The position numbers and the translations under genes are program-made. Below are positions 48,436 to 58,054 of a DNA stretch of 58,054 nt, piece by piece. The notes beneath the pieces were generated by a model. That model saw nothing but the letters and a program-made list of their open reading frames with translations, had not been told where the DNA came from and ran no database searches. Source of the stretch: Ancylonema sp. (taxonomy: Eukaryota); NCBI GenBank assembly GCA_050230475.1, contig JBFLGF010000203.1:1-58054 (forward strand). Direction: 5' to 3'. Numbering within the stretch: the first letter of the stretch is position 1; every line of letters begins with the position of its first letter.

Positions 48436-51429
48436 CAAGGGTTGAGAATCGTAGTACCGGCTAGTACCGGGCCGGTACTACCGGCTACGCTGTGTAACTT
48501 AGGTCTTCCATTGTGGGCGTAAGGTAACTTACGATTAAACATTGAATGTCCTTTTTGCACACCAAAAATAATATAAATTATAAAAAACAAGAATAATGTA
48601 ATTCCAGGGGTTGAGAATCGAAATGATTCTGAATGGTTTTCACCTTCCGTGCGTTTCGGAACTCGGGAAGGAATAACCTCTCTGAAGAAATAGAAAATCC
48701 GGTCCCAAAAACGGATTTGAAATTCCGGAATACGTAGAACTAGGGTTGGATTTTTAGGCCCTAACAATTCTGCCGGTAATTAATAAGGCTAAAAATATAA
48801 TTAGGGGTAAAACTGAAAAATGTTAATAATTCATATCATACATCATTCTTGTGTCAAAATTTAACGATGATCACAATATTCGAGTTAAAAATTGAAAATT
48901 ATGAATATTTACCATACTTTTTGCTCATGACAATGTTCGTGATGTTACTAGACGGATTGTTTACACGAAACATTCTAAAAAATGCACGTTGTTGTTTTTT
49001 TGGCATGGATGCAGGACACCAATGAAGGTAGTTCACATTTACAATAAATGAGTGTTAAAATATTATTGAGCAGCCATAGGATATTACAAAATAAAATTCA
49101 TTATTTATCATTTTTGTTACAAAAATGACATATGTAGAGAAGTAATACGTATGACATGCTTTGTTTTTCATCAAACTACTCGAAGGAAATCTCTACCTCA
49201 ATGGAACCCCAACAACGTAGTCACCAACGGCATCACAACAAAATTTTAGAAAAGGTAAAGTCCATGAAGAAAACAACCACACAGTATGACCACAAACTTT
49301 ACATCCCAATTAATACGTGTTTGTATAATGTTGTTGCATATAATATTCAAGTGTAAGCATACATATTTCAATTTATGTAGAATGTGAGACACCTATAAAT
49401 TCAAGGCTCAAGTATAGAATGTAGTACATTACATTAAGCAGAGAAAGGAATGACGGTACACCCCTAAGAACAATGGGAACAATGTTTTATACGTAAGTAT
49501 ACTTCTATACGTAAGTTCCCACTTTAAATTCGAAAATAAAAGAACATCAACCTTTTCGTGACCAAAAACGTTCCTCGCTATCATACATTCGTGTGTCCAT
49601 AAATATTCTCTATGCGAAAATCCTACGTGACAAGGGTATAGTAACTTATCATTAGATTGTCGAAAATCATCATAAATTGGGAGGACATTTCTGAAGGACA
49701 TGCTTCATGGGTCTACATAGTGTTGATATTGGCCTTGTTAAAAACCGGGAGATCGGAACCAAAAATAGTAGACAACCGCCCTTTCAAGACTAGCCCTCGT
49801 GGTCCTTCGTTCTCGCTACGCACATCTTCTTCTAAAGCAAGCTCACCAAACCATCTTTCCAATACAACATTAAACTCGGCTTGATCCGTGACCAATGTAG
49901 GTTCTGTCACAGCGTTCTCCACGGCTCCTTCGCGGTTGATGGGGGTAACAACAAGGGGGTCGATGGAGGAATCGCCCAAAGGTCTCAAACCCTTTTTCTC
50001 CTTGAATGGAGCGGGTGGAGGAAGTAGACCGCGAACGCATCTAGATGCACGCATCTAGGTCACGTGGGATGTCCGCCATGGCTACTTCACACTCTACAAA
50101 TTTCTACCTGAGTACAGAGTTCCGGTAGTCTTTACTAGAGGCTCCATAAAACACACTCCCGTCATACAACTAATGAGACGTTTAGCGTTTTGACTTGAGA
50201 CTCACGACGTCTCCACGCCAGGCGTCTTGCTTTTTGTCCCTCATATGCCCATACGGTTCTCGTCCTTCTAGAATATCGAGACACCTGTTTTATTTTTCCA
50301 CGCTTTACTTCAATGGGCCTAACTTTAAATAATTAGGCCTTAAAAATATATTATTAGGGCCTAAAAACAAAAGTTTATATTCTTAGACCTAAATATTAGA
50401 GCTATTAATTTTTAAATTATTAGGGGCACATTTTCCCGGCATATTATTAAACCGAACTTAAAAATATTAATAGCTAATAGTTAAATACTAATAACTAACA
50501 GCTGCATTTTTTACCTTCCCCATCCCTATGTAGAACTAAAGAGAGAGCTCCCTTCCCGATTTGGAAGGAATTTTCTCTGTCTAAATGAATAACCTGTCTA
50601 AAGGAATGTCATTTTCCGTTCCCGACACAACTTTCTCCGTACAGTCAAAACTATCTTCCAGGACTTCCAGGTGCCATACGTGCGAAATCAGCGAATCTCG
50701 ACAAACGAAAATTACACAGGGCAGATGCACACGGGAGCCAGAAGTCACGTGCGTCTCGCTTCTAGTGGTGCTCGCCACCACGCTGGAGCTATGCTGCACG
50801 TGTGAAAGTGAAATGGCGAATGTTATGCGCGGTTCAATCAGTTCGTCTCGTTCATAGAATTTCGACAATCTAGCTTGACAATCTAGCGCTCTGGAGCACC
50901 ATTATTTCAGCGAATTTGAACTACCGGGATGTTGCGTGACGGCATGAGGCGGAGTTGAATTAGCACTGAGCGAAAATCTCTAGGCCTTCCTGTTAGCAAC
51001 AATTTTAGCACATTTTTACCACGTTGTCCAACAGGTCTGATATCTGTTTGCCACTTCCGGACTTACCTAGCTGCGGAACATGAGGAGAGGGGCTGAAGCC
51101 ACAAGTTAAAACACAGAAGTGGAAGTTAGAAGGAGGGAAGGGGGGGCTCAAATATTTGGTTGAACAAAAGGTGAGGTGAAACGAATGAATTCTGTGGGGC
51201 GGGGAGCTAGGCGGGGGTGCACATGCAGATGTCTGAGTCAAAATTTCGCAGGTTGGAGAAGTATGGGGGGTACTATAACTTCACTGTATGGCATAGACTC
51301 GTTTATATATGGAGATTACAAAGTCAGTTCGTTTATTTCAATTGTGTAACCGTTCTTGATTTGCTGCTGCATGGGCTGATTCAGATACCATAATCCCTGG
51401 TCATGTAACGTAGGGATACAAAATACAGT

Positions 51430-53435
51430 ATGGAAGAAGCCAGAAGGAAGCAGCAGGAGAAGATGGAGGCGGCCGCGAAACTAAAGGCTGACGAGGTGGG
51501 GAGAAGTTGGGCAGGGGGAGGGGGGGGGTGGGGTCAGGGGTCTGGGGACCGTGCGTTGAAAAGTGTGTGGATGATATCGAGATTGAAAATAATTTCAAGG
51601 CTGTATCAGCTCGAAAGAGCCCTCGGTACGTATGATTGCTTTTATACTTTGGGTGCATTGATGCTTTCCTCGTGCTTGTAGTTTTTTTTTTTGTGTGCTG
51701 ATGCTTTCTCGCCCTCCTATTTACGGATAGGCGACGATGTGGCCAAGAGACAAATTCCTCTGCCACCTCTCTCCTCTCCGGTGTCTCCTGTTTTTTTACT
51801 TTGAAGACTCCCACCATTCTTTGAATACCGGTATATGTGAGAAATTTGGTATCTTAGGGGCTCTGAGGGGAGCAAAGAGGGGAGGTTTGTTTCGTTTTCT
51901 TTGATTGCAGAAGCGCCTGAAGGAGGCGGAGGCAGCGTTGGCTCAACACCGTGAAATGCAGAGGCGGAGAGAACTACGAAGGGCTGAGGGGACGCCAAGT
52001 GTCAGGCCAGGAGACGAGCTGAAGGGGTGGGTGGCCCCTCAAGTGCAGGAGGCGCAGCGAATCAGAGCGCAGCAGGTGAAAAAGTTTAAAAGGACAACCC
52101 GGTCACATAATACATTCGGAAGGGTTCAGGGACTGGGACAGGGGCATTGTGTGTGGTGAACCCCTCAATAATGTACTTTTTTTTTTTTTTTTTTTTTTGT
52201 TCAGTGGAGTTCAAAAACTCTCTCTTTTTTTTTCCCTTGCTGTCTATTGCATGCAAATGCAGTCTGAGGCGGATGCTAAGGTGGCAGAGTGTGACAATCA
52301 CATGAAAAGCATGCTGATGTGGCACGCATTGCTGACGTGGCATTGATGTTCTGTGACAGGATGCGGATTTGGCGGCATCAGAGCAAGTGGATAGCGAGAG
52401 AGCATTGGCCACTCAAAAGGCCGCTGACCTGGCAGAGCGCCAGCTGGCGGAGGAGAAGAAAAGGGAGAAGGAGAAGACAATCAAGGAGGAGCGAACCAAG
52501 GTACTGGTTCTGGATTCTAGAATATGGATGGACCGATTCTAGATTCTGCAAGGTACTGATTTTAAATTCCGGACCTGACATCACCCATGCTTACCTCACA
52601 CAATTTTGATATGAACGAATCAAGTGATCAGGAGGTATAGTAATTTTTGGGAAGTTGTCTGGTTACAATGAAAATGGGTACAGTGGATTTGGTACTGCAA
52701 TTTTGCATTGGCATTGATGTTTGCGATGTGTGTAAAAGATGTCTCACGAATGCTGTCCGACTCATTAGAGACCCGCTTGCTCCGCGTGTAATTGGTATTG
52801 TGACATGTTGACCAGGTCGAACTACGAGTCTCCCTGCCGAAAGAGCCCTCATTGGGCGAGGAGGGGCGGATAACGGTGGCACTCCGGTTAGCGAATGGGA
52901 AGCGCCCAAATAGGGCGTGGAGGAGGACCGACAAAATCTCTGACCTTTATAACTGGGTGAATGTCCATTCCCCAGTTTTTTTTTGCTTGAGTCCTCGGCG
53001 GTTGTGGTATTGAGTGGTATTGTTGTTGTGCTTGCAAGGGGATGACTTGATGGTGGTTATATTTTTTTCGCTAACATCTACGTTTTCACTTCGTCGAGCG
53101 TGAGGATGTGATGATGTACCTTATGACCATTGTATTATTTTTCCAAGAAGAGCGCCCATTTTTACAACTGACTTTGCTTGTCACATGAATCGATGTACCA
53201 ATCAATCCACTTTGCTTATTTTTTTCTTTGTTTCATTTTTCTCCCGCTCTCCAACATTGATATTTTGTAATTGCAGTTTCGCTCCCTAGATGATTTCAAA
53301 CCAGTAAACACTCCGCAACAACTTGCGACTGCTTTTCCGCGAAAGACAATGCCTGAGGCGGAGTGGGGCCGGAGGACCTTAGAGGATGCTCGACTAGAGG
53401 CACAAACGTTGCTTGTTGTAGAAATTGTGGTTTGA
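51430..53435 (+). CDS. UBX-domain (PUX-like CDC48/p97 adaptor) protein, ~223 aa; exons 51430-51495, 51911-52075, 52360-52500, 52816-52956, 53277-53435; 5' end uncertain
   Basis: Coiled-coil region RIRAQQ/DADLAASEQVD, then LPKEPSLGEEGRITVALRLANGKRPNRAWRRTDKISDLYNW/FRSL...LATAFPRK...RTLEDARL (UBX R...FPR signature). Phase-0 GT-AG introns. Confidence 0.85.
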
Positions 53436-53750
53436 TCTCCAAGTAGTTTCACTTGTTTTACGTCTCTATTTCTTGCACCAATTACGTCTCCAGGTGACGA
53501 CAAATCGCTTGTAAATATGATGTCACATCGTGTGTTGTATATATGCAAGTATCGCGTTGAGTATGTGATGCAATGTTGTACGTAATTCTCTTCTTCGTAG
53601 AGTCATTGTTGCCACTTTTGTGTCCGAGTCTTGTGCGTAGGAAACCTTGACATAAGCCCTACAGTTACAACACCGTATTGTGGTTAAACGCTTGTGACAT
53701 TTTTTCTCATGTGGTATCTCTCTCAAAATATATTTGTGTGAGGGTATCTC

Positions 53751-56700
53751 TATTATGACGCTAGAGATCCCTAAGGCGAAACCCCTCTAGATTGATTAGA
53801 AACCCCTCTAGATTAATACGTCTCTNATCCTAGGCAACGCTGCCGAGCTTCAACCACTCTAGTTCGCAAGCCATGTACATCGCCCAACCAAGGTGTGGAC
53901 CAATTTCATCACACCACGCGAGCTGGAACTGGCGCAACCTGCGTGGCAGACCCGGGAGCCGCTGCAAAACATTCTGCAACCAGGACACACGGCACAAATC
54001 CTGACTCTTCCCGACCTAGTGAATCACAAACTCAATCGCATGGGCAACCGCCTGGCTGTGTTCCCCACCTTGAGTCCTTACCTCTAGACAAGTGACTATA
54101 CACTACGATCGGATGGACGACCCGGCATCGGGATGTTGTTTGATGCACCATCTCAGTAGTACGTGCCGCCTTCGCCATTCGAGATCGAGCAAGCCATGGG
54201 ACGACCGGTGGGATACACAGCTCATGGTCGTATCACCGACGCCATGCGCGCCTCTCACCTGGGCCACATGATGGACGGACGACTCATCATGTTCTTGGCG
54301 GAAATCCTCCAAGGTACCAATCCATAGGGATCACCCCTCACCTCGGAACAAAGGTATTTACCAACTTCGACTCTGGGGGGGAGGGACACTAGATACTCTG
54401 GTCAACCAATTTCAACCAATCTTGTTAAATCACACGGACGGACCAAATCCAAATCTAAAGTCAAGATTCACGACCAAACTACGGGCAAAACCAATACAAC
54501 CAAAAGTCAAACCACCAATTTAGGACATAACATGGTATCGAAACCCGGTCCACGACCACGGTCCTTAAATTCAACCAAACCAAGCGAAATAAGGCCTAAA
54601 AACACACCAGTCAAACTTGAACCTTCTGGTCCACGAAATTCTGGTCTCCGGTCCTTACCTGGCCAACAACGTAACACTCAGAATCAGTCCTCAACCATCC
54701 CCGACCTACCAAACATCACTTGGATATCCAATAACCCAAGACGACAATCTCAACCTACATCTCACGCTGCCTCTTACCAAACGAGGAAACACCATCACAA
54801 ACAGCATGAAGATTTCTCTTTCCTCAACCACACTTTTAAGTACAAACCATCGGAACCATCCGCAGTCCTTATCACCGTACTCTACCTTCCACACTCTCGG
54901 ATTCTCTCAATATACCCAATAGTCTACCAGACTTACTGGAAGTACCATCTTCCCCACATTATGACCATTCCATTTTCACTTATTTGGATGATTCTACCAT
55001 TCCTACCTATGCACAGGGATCGGCACCTGACCCTCGTGCATTGTTTGCATTATTAAGTACACAATTACCTTCTACTGGTGATTCTAGCTTACCTTTCCCT
55101 TCAGTTTCCGTCACCTAACCACGGCACACTTTTGTCATGTTCTTACACAAACTCGTCTGTTGTTGTTTCCCAGCTCCTTCACAAGCGTTCCACAGTTGGG
55201 GGGGGGGAGTGAGAGCAGCCGGACTACCAACTCCACCTGAGAACCTTCGATCACCTTCGAACGACATCGATACCAACCCATTCAACATCATCATTACTCA
55301 ACCACGAGCATTACCACAGTCATCACGAGCATTACCACCCGGGAACAAGAAGTCAAAGTACGAAGAATATCATTCCGGGCGGCCGACTCCAAACAGCACG
55401 TCAGCTGTCATGACGCTAGAGATCGCTAAGGCCAAACCCCTCTAGATTGATTAGAAACCCCTCTAGATTAATACGTCTCTACAACGAGAGTATTCAATAT
55501 AACGATTATCTAGAATGAGTACTTTGTGAGAAAAGTGTGAAGTACTATTTTTTGTACAACTTGAAAATAACGCGTGGCGTATTTTCAGAAGTCTAGAACT
55601 TAGCAGTTTCAACAAATAGCTGCGTGTCAATATTTTGAAAATCGACAATGTCACTTTCGACATGTCGACGTTCCCGGCGAATAAATCCAGCCGTAGAACT
55701 AGAGTATTTCGCGCCGCTTTTCATCGGAGCGCCGAGATGAATTGAAATGTTCTAGAAGCCAGCCTGTCGTGATCTTCGATAGACTAACTCTAGATAATTA
55801 TGCCGGTTAGCACCGCGCAACAATTTTTGGATAAAAGACAAATTGTACTTTCAGATCTGCCAACTTCCGCTGTCAGATTGCGCTGATAAGAAATCTCTTC
55901 AACAATCTTCTGTGTTATCTGAATCCTTCGCAATTCTTTGACTATTGCATTCCTTCGCTTACGCGACTTCGCAACGTGCTCGCCTTCCGACTCAGCCTGA
56001 CATCCGTCAGCCAGCCGGTAAGATTGCAAAGCAAATCATTCTTTGCAATCTCTGTGTGTATGTTTTTATCTGATTCATCTAAATTTGTTGCCGACGCTCT
56101 TTCTGAGCCAGCTTGTCTATCGATTGTAATTTCTTACATCTATTCGGTAACGCTCTCTCTGAGCCAGCAAGCGTGCGTGAGTGTTTTTAATATCTATCGA
56201 TTTGCCTGCGTTCGCTCCGAACCGGCACTTTCATTTGTGTGTGTGTGTGTGTTTTGTGTCGCTCGCTCCGAGCCAGCATTTGTTGTAAACACCTGTGTGC
56301 TGACGCTCTTTCAGAGCCAACATCTTTTATCGACGCGCCGTCGATACTTTGCTTTCGCACCGAAAGTAACTCTTACGGCTGCTAACCATAGTCTGCACCA
56401 GACTATCTTGTTTTGCTTTATAATATTTTCACAGACTTTTGTATTATAAACCATATGTTAGCTCGCCCTCGGCGTTAAGTAGTGAATTTCACCACCAGTG
56501 AGACGTGTGATAGATATAATATTGATATCTCAGCAGAGACTCAACCTGCAATACAACTTCAGTGAGGGCAGCCGGACCACCAACTCCACCTGAGAACCTT
56601 CGATCGCCTTCGAACGACATCGATACCAACCCAGTCAACATCATCATTACTCAACCACGAGCATTACCACAGTCATCATTTTGAGAACCATCCGGGAACA

Positions 56701-56756
56701 AGAAGTCAAAGTACGAAGAATATCATTCCGGGCGGCCGACTCCAAACAACACGTCA
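53751..56756 (+). mobile_element. Retroelement copy 2 (same family as 4513-14354), most of A1 and the interior lost at assembly gap N53826
   Basis: Starts TATTATGACG (TGTCATGACG with two transitions) and ends CACGTCA; perfect 4-bp TSD TCTC (53747-53750, 56757-56760). PPT 55198-55209, B1 55210-55403, gc, A2 55406-56561, g, B2 56563-56756. Confidence 0.9.
53827..54327 (+). pseudogene. C-terminal half of the DNMT3-like C5-MTase fold in copy 2
   Basis: HRPTKVWTN...LQNILQPGHTAQ...LAVFPTL...GMLFDAPSQ*YVPPSPFEIEQAMGRPVGYTAHGRITDAMRASHLGHMMDGRLIMFL; two internal TAG codons. Confidence 0.75.
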
Positions 56757-57089
56757 TCTCTTATGAAGTACGAAACATCATAAGCGTGTAAACAATGAAT
56801 CCTCGTGATTTCATCGATCTCAACAACCGACAAGAACATAGATTTTCTTGCCCGGTCAGGGTTGAATTAAAGGAATCAATACAACGGTAAGTACAGTGTC
56901 ATCACCCGCACTGCCTTCCGATATGATTTGTTGCGTTTGGTCATGTTACGTGGCGTTTGTCTTAAACTAAATGTTACAATCTTTTTGGTAGAATGTATGA
57001 TATTACGAAACGTTACGAAACGGTTCGTTTGGTTGACATTGATGGAGTGAAAGCCACGATTACAACACTACCGTGCCGCTGAAAAATAT

Positions 57090-58054
57090 TGTCATGCCAC
57101 TAGAGATCGTTAGAAAGTAGAGACTTTTAATTGTTGATTCGCTTGAAAAATAACAATTTTGGTCATTGTCGTTTTTTTATCGTTATAGCGAATTCTGTTG
57201 TTCTATGAGATTCGAAGCTTGATACAATAATTTTGTTATACTCAGTGAGTCTAGAAAAGTCGGTGTGCAAATTTTTAGACCTTGATTCCGATTACTTCGT
57301 CGTATCACTCGTCGGAGTGAGAAGATTCTGAGTGCGCGCCGAGCTAATTTCAGTGAGCGAGCCTGGCTAGTGAGCTGTCGCACGTGTGAAATATAGAACT
57401 CTAGAAATAGTTAGTCGAGATTACACGTCTAGTCGATATTTTTTTTCAGCCTTAAGATCAAGATAAGATCTAGAAAGTTCCGCTTGCGAAAAGCCGCGTC
57501 GATTGTTAAAAAGCCAAAGTCGCCTTCTGAACTGCAAGCTTCCGCTGCCAATTTACGCTGTGTGAATTTCATCAAACTCTTTTTCAATCGTCATCCTGTT
57601 GCAATCTCTGTGAATTCGTGTATTCCGAAATCGTTTCCTATCGCTGTCAAGTGTGCCGCTTCGCCTTTGACATTTTGTGCAATTTCTTGCGAGCTTCGCA
57701 TCACTTCATTAGACGTAAGTTTCCGTGAATTTTTTTGCTTGCTTGTGCGTGTATCTCATCTCAAGCAAGCGAAAATTCGTGTGTAATTTTTCATACGCAT
57801 CGTGTGGAATTCTGCCGCGGTCAGAATTATATTTTCCCTTTCATTGTCGTGACCTTTGCAAGTATTGATTGTCAGCCGTTTTGGTGACGTAAAAAAAACG
57901 TTACAAGTTCGCTGCATCGCTTCGTGCACACTCTGTCAAACAACTTCAACCTTAAGATTATATGCACCCGTTACTAATTTCGTGAACCTTCATTCACTAT
58001 GACGCTTGATTTATCGTTACCCTATTCGCGTGCGTATTGTGAAGCAACCAATCA
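57090..58054 (+). mobile_element. Diverged relative of repeat A (probable 5' end of a third element), running off the window
   Basis: Starts TGTCATGCCACTAGAGATCG (cf. TGTCATGACGCTAGAGATCG); shares blocks such as GCTTCCGCTG...CGCTG and TTGCAATCTCTGTG with repeat A. Confidence 0.5.

Noticed and set aside
47597..48767. Long poly-K/S/L/F ORFs in the ORF track
   Set aside because: They are translations of the (AAG)n tract, with no domain or splice evidence.
49429..50090. Minus-strand coding-like remnant
   Set aside because: Stop-riddled and not assignable; probably old transposon sequence.

Overview
Eukaryotic nuclear DNA, probably a non-seed streptophyte such as a charophyte alga or bryophyte (inferred from an H2A.X ending SQEF, a BAHD acyltransferase and an algal-type retrotransposon C5-MTase). 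Host genes reconstructed by hand from GT-AG introns: histone H2A.X, a MAN1/Src1-like inner-nuclear-membrane gene (N-terminal LEM-like/HeH domain, two in-frame TAG codons), a BAHD acyltransferase, signal peptidase subunit SPCS3, a UBX-domain protein and one or two F-box/LRR pseudogenes. Tc1/mariner and hAT MITEs and microsatellites lie between them. The standout is a retroelement family present as two oppositely oriented copies (4513-14354 minus; 53751-56756 plus, collapsed at an N) plus a diverged relative from 57090. It encodes Ty3-like Gag and protease and a full-length but apparently catalytically dead DNMT3-like C5-methyltransferase, with no visible RT, RNase H, integrase or tyrosine recombinase. 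Its repeats are split as A1-internal-PPT-B1-gc-A2-B2, yet it has TG...CA ends and 4-bp target duplications. This fits a two-LTR circle opened and integrated at a fixed site inside one LTR. All assignments come from manual reading and motif recognition; no searches were run.
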